Shown: positions 54,468-63,625 of the stretch, one piece after another
How positions within the stretch are numbered: position 1 is the first letter of the stretch
How the letters are laid out: each line of letters begins with the position of its first letter
Source: Candidatus Uhrbacteria bacterium
Lineage (GTDB): Bacteria > Patescibacteriota > Patescibacteriia > UBA9934 > GWF2-40-263
Length of the DNA: 64,000 nt
Assembly (NCBI GenBank): GCA_016844925.1
Contig: JAERTI010000020.1
Span: 97-64,096, forward strand
Direction: 5' to 3'
Made by a program: the position numbers and the translations under genes
Notes under the pieces: generated by a model
Told to the model about the DNA's origin: nothing
What the model saw: the letters and a program-made list of their open reading frames with translations, nothing else
Databases searched by the model: none

Positions 54468-55642
54468 AGATCGCCATCGACGGGACAACACTGTGTGGAC
54501 CAGATGGCTCCCGTGGGGCTGGTATTGAGCATTACACATGGAACATCGTGACCGCGCTTGTGCAGAGCACACAGGATCACGAGTTTTACATTGCTACTCC
54601 ACCGGCATTAAATCGCATTCGCCGTGCAGAGCTAGAGGCTCTTGGCCCTCATGTGGTGATTGTTCCTTCGTTTGGGCCGAAGCTTTCTTTTGTAAGCCGA
54701 CATGGCTTGCTTCCATTGCGCATGGGTATTCGCCGTCCTGATGTGCTCTTTTCTCCGTTTGGCCAGGTTCCTCTTGCTTGGAGAGGGAAGAGCGTGATCA
54801 CGGTGCACGATTTGGCGATCTATGAGCATCCTGAGTGGTTTGAAGACAGGCAGGATTTTTCTACACGCATTTTGGTACCCAAGAGTCTTGAACGAGCTGA
54901 TGCCATCATTGCTGTGAGCGCCGCGACGGAGAAGAAGTTACATGAGATTTTTCCGTTCACAGAATCCGTAACGCATGTGGTGCATGAGGGGGTTGATTTG
55001 AACGATGCGTACAGCGCCCTTGAGCAGATGGATTCAGTGAGTACACGATTCCCGTACGACCGCGACTTTGTGTTTTATCTAGGAACCGTAGAGCCGCGTA
55101 AGAATCTTGTACACGCGTTCCGGGCATTTGATCGATTCTTGCAGAGCCGACCGGAGCAGGCGGGAGAAGTACGATTTATCGTTGCGGGGAAAAAAGGTTG
55201 GCACACACAGGAGATCGAACAGGAGCTCATGCGCGTGAATCATGCCTGGGCGGACGTGGAACCAAATGGAGTCATTCAATTTTTAGGACCCGTCACAGAA
55301 CAAGAAAAATGGACCCTCATGGCCCGTGCATCGTGCCTATTGTATCCATCGTACGACGAAGGATTCGGTTTACCGGTACTCGAGGCGATGGCTGTAGGGA
55401 CACCGGTGATTACATCCAATCGCGGAGCGCTCCCAGAAGTGGGAGGTGATGCGGCGATGTACGTCGAGCCAGAAGATGTCGAGGCGATGTCTCTGGCGCT
55501 GACGCAATGCCTTCTTGTCCCCGAGGGGGTGAGGTCGCTCCTGGAGATGGGTCTTGCGCGTGCGGGGGAGTTCTCCTGGGAGAAGGCCGCAGAGGAGACG
55601 CTGAAGATTTTGGAACACGTTGGACAAAAAACCACGGACTAG
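54464..55642 (+). CDS. Glycosyltransferase family 1 (GT4)
   Basis: EGFGLPVLEAMAVGTPVITSNRGALPEV. Confidence 0.75.
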   Translation: MKIAIDGTTLCGPDGSRGAGIEHYTWNIVTALVQSTQDHEFYIATPPALNRIRRAELEALGPHVVIVPSFGPKLSFVSRHGLLPLRMGIRRPDVLFSPFGQVPLAWRGKSVITVHDLAIYEHPEWFEDRQDFSTRILVPKSLERADAIIAVSAATEKKLHEIFPFTESVTHVVHEGVDLNDAYSALEQMDSVSTRFPYDRDFVFYLGTVEPRKNLVHAFRAFDRFLQSRPEQAGEVRFIVAGKKGWHTQEIEQELMRVNHAWADVEPNGVIQFLGPVTEQEKWTLMARASCLLYPSYDEGFGLPVLEAMAVGTPVITSNRGALPEVGGDAAMYVEPEDVEAMSLALTQCLLVPEGVRSLLEMGLARAGEFSWEKAAEETLKILEHVGQKTTD

Positions 55643-55672
55643 TCCGTGGTTTTTGAAATGCTGTATTTTCGA

Positions 55673-56137
55673 TCAGAGCTTTGTCTGTAGGTAGGCAATC
55701 AGTACGACTTGGGCGAGGATGGCGTAGTAGAGGGGGACATCACCTTTGCGTTTGACAAAGAAGTCGTGGAAGTAGAAGTGGAGGGTGTTGAACCACTTGA
55801 GCAGTGGTGTTTTGGTGATTTCGTAGATGCCTACGATGAGATCTGGAAGGACACCTCCGACGATTCCCCAGCTGAATGTACGCATGGAGACGATGTCGCG
55901 CGTGTTGGCCAGCAGGAGCACGAAGAAGATAGCAGCGACGGCATCTACCATGACGTAGGCCAGTGCGCGCTTTTTGTGGCGTTTGTGGATTTTGTAGCTG
56001 TCGGCCAAGCCAGTATCCCCATGGGGGATCATGTCGATCAGAAAGTGCGAAATAAAGGCTAAAACAAAAGCCAACGCCGAGTTTCCTGTAGCGTGGCCTA
56101 TTACTGCGCCGAGCGTCGCGTGTGTTGTCAGTGTCAT
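55673..56137 (-). CDS. Membrane-bound metal-dependent hydrolase-like protein (YdjM/DUF457-like)
   Basis: HATLGA...HFLIDMIPHGD histidine pattern in the TM helices. Confidence 0.45.
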   Translation of the reverse strand: MTLTTHATLGAVIGHATGNSALAFVLAFISHFLIDMIPHGDTGLADSYKIHKRHKKRALAYVMVDAVAAIFFVLLLANTRDIVSMRTFSWGIVGGVLPDLIVGIYEITKTPLLKWFNTLHFYFHDFFVKRKGDVPLYYAILAQVVLIAYLQTKL

Positions 56138-56210
56138 AATCTGAAACAAAGTATATCAAAAAGCCCGCTCTTGCTCTAGTTGAGCGAGCGGGCGGACGGA
56201 TCGGGGTCCG

Positions 56211-57071
56211 TCAGCGGACCAGGAGCATGAGCGCGCGGCTCAGCTTCTCGGCCACCTCCTTGGCCCGATCACGATGCGTCTCGTGGTCGGGCGTCTCCTT
56301 GTTGTCGTTGGTGATCAGGGCCACCGGGATGACCTTCACGTCCGGGTAGAGCGCGGCGACCGAGCACTCGGGCTTCACGCTCATGCCCACCACGGCGCCG
56401 CCGGAGTTGAGCATCAGGCGCTTGTCGCCGATGGACTCGAAGTGGGGGCCGCGGAACATGACGTAGGGCCCCATGTTGAGCTCGTCGCGCTCGCGCAGTG
56501 CGCCGTCCGGCTGGAAATGCCGGGTCGCATCCTGGTCGATGCATGCGGCGGGGTTGACGAATTCACCGGGGAACAGGGGCATGGTGTCCGAGCCCCAGCT
56601 CACGAAGTCGGTGATGTAGAAGAGGTCGCCCATGCTCAGGTGGCCCCACAGGGCACCAGCGGCGCAGGTGAGGACGAACTTCTTCACCCCGAGCTTGATG
56701 AGCACCTCGATCTGCAAGCGCACCATGAGGCGGACGTCCGGGTTGAACGTGTCCTCGTTCATGTGGATGCGACCGCGCAGGACGATCACGCGCTTGGGCT
56801 TGCCGTCGACCTCGACGGTGCCCAGCTCCAGGCGACGCTCGTGCCCCTCCAGTTCGTCGAGCTTGCTGAAGGCACCGATCTCGGTCAGGCGCACGGTGTG
56901 CGTGGCCTCGAAGGGGAAGGCATCACCCCAGCCCGTGCCCAGCACGATGGCCGCGTCGATCTCCTCGTCATGGGCCAGGTCGAAGCGGTGACGCAGGTCA
57001 CGCTCACATTTTTGCAGCATGCCTTCACTCGTCTTGTCGCCAGCGAGGCGGTAGTAATCTGCCCGTTTCAT
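56211..57071 (-). CDS. Purine nucleoside phosphorylase / MTA phosphorylase family (PNP family 2); very GC-rich
   Basis: GTGWGDAF, RGRIHMNE and MSVKPECSVAALYPDVKVIPVALITND correspond to the PNP/MTAP motifs. About 63-65% GC. Likely start is the ATG at 57071. Confidence 0.65.
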   Translation of the reverse strand: MKRADYYRLAGDKTSEGMLQKCERDLRHRFDLAHDEEIDAAIVLGTGWGDAFPFEATHTVRLTEIGAFSKLDELEGHERRLELGTVEVDGKPKRVIVLRGRIHMNEDTFNPDVRLMVRLQIEVLIKLGVKKFVLTCAAGALWGHLSMGDLFYITDFVSWGSDTMPLFPGEFVNPAACIDQDATRHFQPDGALRERDELNMGPYVMFRGPHFESIGDKRLMLNSGGAVVGMSVKPECSVAALYPDVKVIPVALITNDNKETPDHETHRDRAKEVAEKLSRALMLLVR

Positions 57072-57190
57072 CAGAATCTCCAAAGCTGTACGTCAGCGAC
57101 GAGACCTTAGCAGGCCTGAAAAAGGTGTCAAACTGTCAGTTTATTAACCATTAGTCTTGACCAAATTGAATGAGGAGCGTATAACTGTGG

Positions 57191-57267
57191 CGCGGGGTAG
57201 AGCAGTCAGGCAGCTCGTCGGGCTCATAACCCGAAGGTCGTCGGTTCAAATCCGACCCCCGCAACCA
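57191..57267 (+). tRNA. Initiator tRNA-fMet (CAU)
   Basis: Cloverleaf with anticodon loop CTCATAA, three G-C pairs in the anticodon stem (GGG/CCC) and a C1:A72 mismatch. CCA is encoded. Confidence 0.8.
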
Positions 57268-57270
57268 AAA

Positions 57271-57296
57271 ACACACCAGCTACCTGGTGTGTTTTT
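57271..57296 (+). terminator. Intrinsic terminator after tRNA-fMet
   Basis: ACACACCAGC-TA-CCTGGTGTGT followed by TTTTT. Confidence 0.55.
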
Positions 57297-57319
57297 GATT
57301 GCAAAAAGACCGCGTGTAG

Positions 57320-57946
57320 TTACGCGGTGCGTCGGTCGATCCAGGGGAGTGGAGCGTTGCCTGACCTGGCTTCGATCATGATGTTGCTGCCCAGAACCCC
57401 TTGCTTGATGGCGTCAGTGAGGCAGTGGTGGTTGTGCTCGAGTTGGTCATCTTCCCACTGCGCGAGGTCGCTGCGAGAGATGTCCCAGAAACCGCGTCCA
57501 AGCAAGTGGCAGGCATCCTGACGAATGTCTCGTGCTCCCAAGTGGAAGGGAAGGTCCTCCTTGCGGGAGCTGACTCCACCGAAGCGGATGGTGTACCAGT
57601 AGATCCACATGTAGTCCCAGCTGGCTGGGTAACCGAGAAGGACCACGCGGCCGGGTTGCTCTTGGCACCATGCAACGAACTCGGGCATCACGATCGTGGG
57701 ATCGCGTGCGCCCTCCGTTGCAAGTCTCCAGGCTTCTGGAAAGCCCCTCCACCACTCCATGGTGTCCGGGTCTTGGATGGCACCTGGGAGAGGGTGCATG
57801 ATTCCCTCAAACGTATTCAAGAGAATGGGGGTTCGGTCCTCGTGTTTGAACGCAGAGGCACCGAAGGACAAGAGTGAGTTGATGCCTGGGATGGGACCAT
57901 CGGATTCACCATCAATGGAAACGTAGATCTCTTCAGAACGGCTCAT
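57320..57946 (-). CDS. DEDDh 3'-5' exonuclease-domain protein
   Basis: YVSIDGESDGPIPG (D-x-E) and HHCLTDA (H-x4-D). SD GGAG before the ATG at 57946. Confidence 0.55.
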   Translation of the reverse strand: MSRSEEIYVSIDGESDGPIPGINSLLSFGASAFKHEDRTPILLNTFEGIMHPLPGAIQDPDTMEWWRGFPEAWRLATEGARDPTIVMPEFVAWCQEQPGRVVLLGYPASWDYMWIYWYTIRFGGVSSRKEDLPFHLGARDIRQDACHLLGRGFWDISRSDLAQWEDDQLEHNHHCLTDAIKQGVLGSNIMIEARSGNAPLPWIDRRTA

Positions 57947-58063
57947 TATATTCTCCAGAAAAGGGCATTGCGGCACTTTATGAATTTTTATGATGCAGGT
58001 CAAGGGAGAGAGTTAGGGTTTTTTGGTTGGACGAAAGAAAAATCACCCAGCGGGTGATGCGTA

Positions 58064-58474
58064 TTACTCTGGTTGAAGGACGATCAAGTCGTCTCCTTGT
58101 ACCACCATCTTCCCCCAGTAGACCGACGGTTCGTAGTCCCAGGGGTGGGCGAGCAGCTCGGTGGCAAGAGAGGTGAGCACATGGTCGACTCGCGTACTAT
58201 CCTGCCATGGCGCCCACACAAGGAGGAACTGATCTTTCAGCGCTGGGCTGAGACGTCCGTTCTTGATCAGGGTTCGAGGGTAGTTGTCCTCGATCATGCT
58301 GGTGCATGCACAGGCGCTCATGACCCTGAGCGTCACACCGTCTCGTGGGTCAATCGCGGACTTGATGCGCTCAATGAGACCAACGTCCTGCATGCCAATG
58401 TGGTGCGTCGATTCCTTCGCGATGAGTCGCGAGAGCCTCAGGCTTACCCTAAAGCTGAAGAGGTTTCTTCTCAC
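58064..58474 (-). CDS. Hypothetical protein
   Basis: 136-aa ORF. No motif recognised. Confidence 0.35.
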   Translation of the reverse strand: MRRNLFSFRVSLRLSRLIAKESTHHIGMQDVGLIERIKSAIDPRDGVTLRVMSACACTSMIEDNYPRTLIKNGRLSPALKDQFLLVWAPWQDSTRVDHVLTSLATELLAHPWDYEPSVYWGKMVVQGDDLIVLQPE

Positions 58475-58565
58475 TAGTGCTCCTGTTGGGCCTATGAATA
58501 GTTGGTCATGTGGCGGATCTTGTCAATCGGGGTGAAATGCGTTATATTCTTCCTGCCGAAATGGC

Positions 58566-58642
58566 GGCTGGGTAGCTCAGTTGGTTAGAGCGTGGGACTC
58601 ATAAGCCCGAGGTCGAGGGTTCAAATCCCTCCCCAGCTACCA
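58566..58642 (+). tRNA. tRNA with CAU anticodon (elongator Met or Ile2/lysidine)
   Basis: Cloverleaf with GTAGCTCAGTTGGTTAGAGC D-arm, anticodon loop CTCATAA, GGTTCAAATCC T-arm and a G1-U72 wobble. CCA is encoded. Confidence 0.7.
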
Positions 58643-58675
58643 GAAAAACCTTCAGGCAACTGGAGGTTTTTCTTT

Positions 58676-58762
58676 GCCGGGATGGCGGAATTGGTAGACG
58701 CGTAGGTCTCAAACACCTATATGGGCAACCATGTGCGGGTTCGATCCCCGCTCCCGGCACCA
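58676..58762 (+). tRNA. tRNA-Leu (CAA), type II with a long variable arm
   Basis: Acceptor GCCGGGA/TCCCGGC, anticodon loop CTCAAAC, long variable arm. CCA is encoded. Confidence 0.8.
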
Positions 58763-58767
58763 TCGAA

Positions 58768-58797
58768 AAAAGCTCCAGTATTATCTGGGGCTTTTTT
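58768..58797 (+). terminator. Intrinsic terminator after the tRNA cluster
   Basis: AAAGCTCCAG...CTGGGGCTTTTTT. Confidence 0.45.
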
Positions 58798-58819
58798 CGT
58801 GGGCTGATAAGTGACAGGG

Positions 58820-59182
58820 CTATTGCGCAGAGTGTTCTGTAATCAACCTGATCAGCGCTTTGTCGTCTGCGTAACGAATGATGTCATCACAGATTGTTTT
58901 TAGAGAACTTGATGGGTTTGTGCCATCTTTGTAAACACAGACTATTTTTACACCACTTGAGTGTGCCCAACCGAGCTCAATACCCAAGCCTGTCGAAGGG
59001 TATGACACTTCTGCGATCATGAGGTCGAACATCGCCATCCGCTCTCTTGTGTTCGCAGGTTCTTCTGATTCTCTGTGAGGGAAAACAATCTCATGAGTTT
59101 GCCCTAGTTCCGAGTTGAGGATGGGCTTGTAGAGCTCCTCTTTGTAGTCAAAGTTTGACGAGTGGCCTATATAGATCTTCAT
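58820..59182 (-). CDS. Small Rossmann-like protein, possibly nucleoside 2-deoxyribosyltransferase-like
   Basis: MKIYIGHSS...GLGIELGWA pattern. Weak assignment. Confidence 0.3.
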   Translation of the reverse strand: MKIYIGHSSNFDYKEELYKPILNSELGQTHEIVFPHRESEEPANTRERMAMFDLMIAEVSYPSTGLGIELGWAHSSGVKIVCVYKDGTNPSSSLKTICDDIIRYADDKALIRLITEHSAQ

Positions 59183-59282
59183 ACAGGGGAAGTATACCAG
59201 TTGAGAGCATGTTGCTGGGTAGACAATAACGAGCAATGGACTGCTGTTTTTTCTCTTTATCTTGTATAATGCTCACACTCTT

Positions 59283-60056
59283 ATGGCACACATCATTTCT
59301 GTAGTGAATCAAAAAGGGGGCGTGGGGAAAACAACAACGACTTTGAATTTGGCAGCGTATCTGGCAGATGCAGGGAAGTTCGTCCTCTTGGTTGATCTTG
59401 ATCCACAGGCGAACGCAACTTCTGGTCTTGGGATAGATCATAAGAATCTTCCAGCAGGGGCCTATGAGGGTCTGATCGGAAGTCATAGTGTCCGTAATCT
59501 TATTCATGGTACAGATCATGCAGGGCTGAAGGTGCTGCCTGCGACACAGGCTCTTGCGGGAGCCAGTGTTGAGCTTGTGAGCGCTGAGGAGCGTGAACAC
59601 TTTTTGCGCAAGGCACTTCTTGAGGTGCGTAACGATTACGACTACATCTTCATCGACAACCCACCGTCTTTAGGCATGCTGACGCTTAATGGTCTTACGG
59701 CAGCAGATTCTGTCTTGATTCCTGTGCAGGCTGAGTATTATGCCCTTGAGGGTCTCACACAGCTTTTGAATACCGTGAATCTCGTAAAAGAGAACATTAA
59801 ACCGTCACTGGAGATGATGGGAGCGGTGATCACGATGTACGACGGACGTACGCGTCTATCAAAGGAGGTGCTCGAGGAGTTGTATCGTTATTTTCCAGAC
59901 AAGATTTTCCGCTCCGTTATTCCGCGCTCAGTTCGGTTGGCTGAGGCGCCGTCATTTGGAAAAACCATTCTTGGATACGACCCATCGTCAAAGGCTGCCA
60001 GAGCGTATGAGCGTCTGGCACGAGAGTTTATTCTACGTGAAGAAGGAAGAGTTTAA
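59283..60056 (+). CDS. parA: Chromosome partitioning ATPase ParA/Soj
   Basis: Deviant Walker A NQKGGVGKTTT. Confidence 0.85.
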   Translation: MAHIISVVNQKGGVGKTTTTLNLAAYLADAGKFVLLVDLDPQANATSGLGIDHKNLPAGAYEGLIGSHSVRNLIHGTDHAGLKVLPATQALAGASVELVSAEEREHFLRKALLEVRNDYDYIFIDNPPSLGMLTLNGLTAADSVLIPVQAEYYALEGLTQLLNTVNLVKENIKPSLEMMGAVITMYDGRTRLSKEVLEELYRYFPDKIFRSVIPRSVRLAEAPSFGKTILGYDPSSKAARAYERLAREFILREEGRV

Positions 60057-60058
60057 CT

Positions 60059-60913
60059 ATGAGCACAAAGTCAGCCCTGGGGCGGGGGCTTGGTTCCTTG
60101 ATCCCACAAAAACAAACATTAACAGAGCAGGTTATTCCATCTGCGGCTACGACGGTTCTTGAAGTTGATCCAAACGAGATTAAAGTAAACCCTCGTCAGC
60201 CTCGTGCGCATTTTTCTGCAAGCGATTTGGAAGATTTGATTGGTTCTATTAAAGAACACGGCATCTTGCAGCCATTGGTTGTCACCAAGAGCAATGGGGA
60301 GTATGAACTCATCGCAGGTGAGCGTCGTCTGCGCGCATCACGCACGCTTGGTCTGGCGAAGGTACCGGTGATCGTACGGGAAGCAGATGATCAGACAAAG
60401 CTTGAGCTGGCGCTCATCGAGAATATTCAACGGCAGGATCTCAATGCGGTTGAAGAGGCGATTGCCTACAAGGCTCTCGTCGACGAGTTTAACCTCACGC
60501 AGGAACAGGCGGCCAAGCGAGTGGGGAAGAGTCGGTCAGCCGTTGCGAACATCATTCGGTTGCTCGATCTTTCAGATGAATATCTTGAGGCTCTTAAGGA
60601 AGGGAAGATTAGCAAGACGCACGCACGCACGCTTCTAGCAGAATCAGATGAGGCAAAGCGTCGTGACTTGTTTCAAGCCATGCTCAGTGGCATGACGGTT
60701 CGTGAGGCAGAAGCTCGCGCATCGAACACCGGAACAAAGAAAGCACATGGCACTTCTCGGAAAGATCCAAACATCCTTGCTCACGAGAAAAAACTTCGAG
60801 AAATTCTTGGAACAAAAGTTGACATCAAGGAGCGATCGGGGAAGGGGAACATCACCATCAGTTTTTACTCCCGAGAGGAGTTGATGGAATTACTGGATCG
60901 ACTCATTGGATAA
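60059..60913 (+). CDS. parB: Chromosome partitioning protein ParB/Spo0J
   Basis: GERRLRA/GERRFRA-type box and HTH. Confidence 0.85.
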   Translation: MSTKSALGRGLGSLIPQKQTLTEQVIPSAATTVLEVDPNEIKVNPRQPRAHFSASDLEDLIGSIKEHGILQPLVVTKSNGEYELIAGERRLRASRTLGLAKVPVIVREADDQTKLELALIENIQRQDLNAVEEAIAYKALVDEFNLTQEQAAKRVGKSRSAVANIIRLLDLSDEYLEALKEGKISKTHARTLLAESDEAKRRDLFQAMLSGMTVREAEARASNTGTKKAHGTSRKDPNILAHEKKLREILGTKVDIKERSGKGNITISFYSREELMELLDRLIG

Positions 60914-60914
60914 C

Positions 60915-60946
60915 AAAAAACGCTCCATGAACATGGAGCGTTTTTT
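60915..60946. terminator. Bidirectional intrinsic terminator between parB and the convergent RelA/SpoT gene
   Basis: AAAAAACGCTCCATG-AAC-ATGGAGCGTTTTTT. Confidence 0.6.
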
Positions 60947-60948
60947 GT

Positions 60949-62460
60949 TTAGTGATGTTTCTTTGCGCGTTCACGTCCTTTAAGTACTTCAGAGAACCAT
61001 CCCTTTACCGTGTGTCTTGTGGCGTCCTTGATCTTGTTGCGTGCATGGCGAGTTTTTACAAACTTGAGCCAGTCAGGGTTTGGGCCGCGGCGATTTTTGT
61101 CGGTAAGAATCTCGACGATGTCGCCTGAGGTAAGCGACGTGTCCAGGTTTCGCATCACCTCGTTAATGCGGGCCGCTGTGCATTTGTTCCCCACCTCAGA
61201 ATGAATAGCGTAGGCGAAATCAATGGGAGTGGCTCCTTCGGGGAGATCGATCACGTCGCCCTGTGGCGTGAAGACGAAAATGCGGTCCTTAAACACATCA
61301 ATCTTCATGATCTCCAACTGCTCCATGAAGTCTTTCTTGTTCTGAAGTTCTTTCTGGATCTGCGCCAGCTCCTCCATCCATCGCGTGTTTTTTACGGGCT
61401 TATGAGAGCCTTCTTTGTATCGCCAGTGAGCGGCCACACCGTACTCAGCAAGTTCGTGCATTTCTGTGGTTCGGATCTGGAACTCGACAATCTCTCCATT
61501 TTCCGTGAAGACGGTGGTGTGGAGGGATTGATAGCCGTTTGGTTTTGGCTGAGCGATGTAGTCCTTAATACGTCCTGGCACAGGTCGCCATTGCTGGTGA
61601 AGGAGGCCCAGGGCCATGTAGCACTCCTCTACATCGCTCACGATAATGCGAATAGCAATGAGGTCGTAGATTTTGCTCAGGTCACCTTGGTACTTGTTGA
61701 GCTTTTTGTGGAGTGAGTACAGACGTTTTACACGACCGTGCACTTGGAAATCGTTGACGTTTGTTTGTGCCAAAAACTTTTCGATCTGATCGATGATGCG
61801 ACTGACATACGCTCCCTTCTCACGGACCTTGATGTCCATGATATTTTTCATCCGTTCGTATTCTTTGGGGTGAAGGTAGGCAAAGGAACCATCTTCTAGT
61901 TCTCCTTTAAACTCACTCATGCCCAAGCGCCCTGCAATAGGGGCGTAGATCTCCAGACTCTCACGTGCAATACGTTCCTGCTTCTTCTTTGGCATGCCGT
62001 AGAGTGTTGAAAGGTTGTGGAGTCGGTCAGCGAATTTCATGAACACCACGCGGACATCGCTGGCCATAGCTAGGAACATCTTACGCATGTTCTCGGCGTA
62101 GCGGTCTACGCCGCGGTACTTGATGGTGTGTTTGAGCTTGGTGACACTCTCTACCAGTGAGGCGATATCGCTTCCAAAATGTTCCTCAACGGTTTCCACG
62201 CTAATCTCTGTGTCTTCTACAACGTCGTGGAGAAGTCCAGCGACAACCACGTTCATGTGTAGACCCATGTCTGCCAAACGATAGGCAACAGCGAGTGGGT
62301 GGGTGATGAAGTCGTGTCCCGTTAGTCGTTTCTCTCCTGCGTGCGCCTTGGACGCCATATCATAAGCACGCCGGAGTGTATCGACGTCCGGTACGCTATA
62401 GGTTTCTTGCACGAGTCGTTCAAGCTCGTCGTAGGTTCGAACAATTTCTGTCATCTTCAT
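60949..62460 (-). CDS. Minimal RelA/SpoT homologue (HD hydrolase, synthetase and TGS domains; about 503 aa)
   Basis: HD motif (HPLAVAYRL...LLHDVVEDT), synthetase region and TGS (IFVFTPQGDVIDLPEGATPIDFAY). The start was moved to the ATG at 62460 (MKMTEIV). The 258 codons upstream in the ORF track are low-complexity and antisense to another gene. Confidence 0.75.
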   Translation of the reverse strand: MKMTEIVRTYDELERLVQETYSVPDVDTLRRAYDMASKAHAGEKRLTGHDFITHPLAVAYRLADMGLHMNVVVAGLLHDVVEDTEISVETVEEHFGSDIASLVESVTKLKHTIKYRGVDRYAENMRKMFLAMASDVRVVFMKFADRLHNLSTLYGMPKKKQERIARESLEIYAPIAGRLGMSEFKGELEDGSFAYLHPKEYERMKNIMDIKVREKGAYVSRIIDQIEKFLAQTNVNDFQVHGRVKRLYSLHKKLNKYQGDLSKIYDLIAIRIIVSDVEECYMALGLLHQQWRPVPGRIKDYIAQPKPNGYQSLHTTVFTENGEIVEFQIRTTEMHELAEYGVAAHWRYKEGSHKPVKNTRWMEELAQIQKELQNKKDFMEQLEIMKIDVFKDRIFVFTPQGDVIDLPEGATPIDFAYAIHSEVGNKCTAARINEVMRNLDTSLTSGDIVEILTDKNRRGPNPDWLKFVKTRHARNKIKDATRHTVKGWFSEVLKGRERAKKHH

Positions 62461-62554
62461 TAACGATACTGTGGAAGAGGGGGTCTGTAAAGGGAGCTTA
62501 CCATTGACTTTTATCGATTTTTGTGCTATTTTTAGACCAATTAAGCCTCTACAT

Positions 62555-63478
62555 ATGAGTGAGACAGAACCAAAACCAGAAGCAACAGTGTTTAAAGTAC
62601 GCACACGAAAAAGCCGAGAAAGAACACCTGTTGTCAGTGATACGGATGCAGAGCCAAAGAAAAAACCCATAAGTAAAATACCAAAAAGAAGGAGACGGCC
62701 AGATAGTGCACCGTCTGTGGACGCTGCACGTGCACGCGCAGCTGCCGCCGCTGATGCCGGTCCGAAGCAGCCAGACACAGAGCCAAAGCCACCGGTCGAT
62801 CCTGATACCAAATCGAAAGGACCTGACACACCTCCGCCATCTCCAGATACGGCGCCCGCTGCTCCAGATACAGACCCTGACGGGCCAGATGCTGGCGACC
62901 CCAAAGATCCACTTGAACCAATAGAAAAACTTGATCCTGAAAAATCAGGTTTTGAAAAGATGGGAGAGCTAGGAAAAGTTGGTTGGGATAAGACCAAGGG
63001 GACACGTGAGGCAGGATGGTTTCTCGCGGGTATCACGGCGCTAGGGATTTGGAAGCCGGCGAAGTTTGTGGGACGTACATCCATGCGTGCACTTGACCGT
63101 ACGGGTTCCATGTTGGATTCGTTGGGAGAAGGGCTTATGCGTCTGAGTAAATGGATTAATGGAGGCAAGCCTGTGCCCGGGACGAAGCGGGTGGAGAGCA
63201 TGATTGATTGGTTGAAAGAAAAGACAGGATTCAAGAAGCGTCTTTACGAGAGGTTGAAGGAAGATAAGGAGGCGCGGAAGGAACTAGCCAAGAAGTTGCA
63301 CGATCAAATGATTAAAGATGAAAAGAAATGGGAAAAGGCACAGAAGGCCAAAGCCAAGAAGTCTGCCCGCGAGAAGAAGTTGAAGAAAAGGTTTGGTGAT
63401 GGTGCAGGTGCGTTGTTGTTTGATGAAATCACTGCGATTGAAAAAGATGCTGCAGATTCTGCAAAAGCTGCAGCATAG
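62555..63478 (+). CDS. Hypothetical Pro/Asp/Lys-rich protein with a central hydrophobic helix
   Basis: ATG at 62555 (MSETEPKP). A strong terminator follows immediately (CCGGGCTGAGCCCGG plus T6 at 63486-63506). Divergent from the RelA/SpoT gene. Confidence 0.45.
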   Translation: MSETEPKPEATVFKVRTRKSRERTPVVSDTDAEPKKKPISKIPKRRRRPDSAPSVDAARARAAAAADAGPKQPDTEPKPPVDPDTKSKGPDTPPPSPDTAPAAPDTDPDGPDAGDPKDPLEPIEKLDPEKSGFEKMGELGKVGWDKTKGTREAGWFLAGITALGIWKPAKFVGRTSMRALDRTGSMLDSLGEGLMRLSKWINGGKPVPGTKRVESMIDWLKEKTGFKKRLYERLKEDKEARKELAKKLHDQMIKDEKKWEKAQKAKAKKSAREKKLKKRFGDGAGALLFDEITAIEKDAADSAKAAA

Positions 63479-63480
63479 AA

Positions 63481-63506
63481 AAAACCGGGCTGAGCCCGGT
63501 TTTTTC
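63481..63506 (+). terminator. Intrinsic terminator
   Basis: CCGGGCTGAGCCCGG followed by TTTTTT. Confidence 0.6.
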
Positions 63507-63625
63507 ATGGCTTGATCCTGTTTGATATTATGAGTTACACACAACCTTACCCAAAAATCTTCACAGAATGATATAATAAGATCGTTATTTTACTCATAAA
63601 ATTTTTAACCAAGCTCATTACGCCT

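Noticed and set aside
62461-63234. 258-codon N-terminal extension of the RelA/SpoT ORF
   Set aside because: Low-complexity G/S/A sequence, exactly antisense to the plus-strand gene 62555..63478, which has its own terminator. The Rel catalytic core starts at MKMTEIV.
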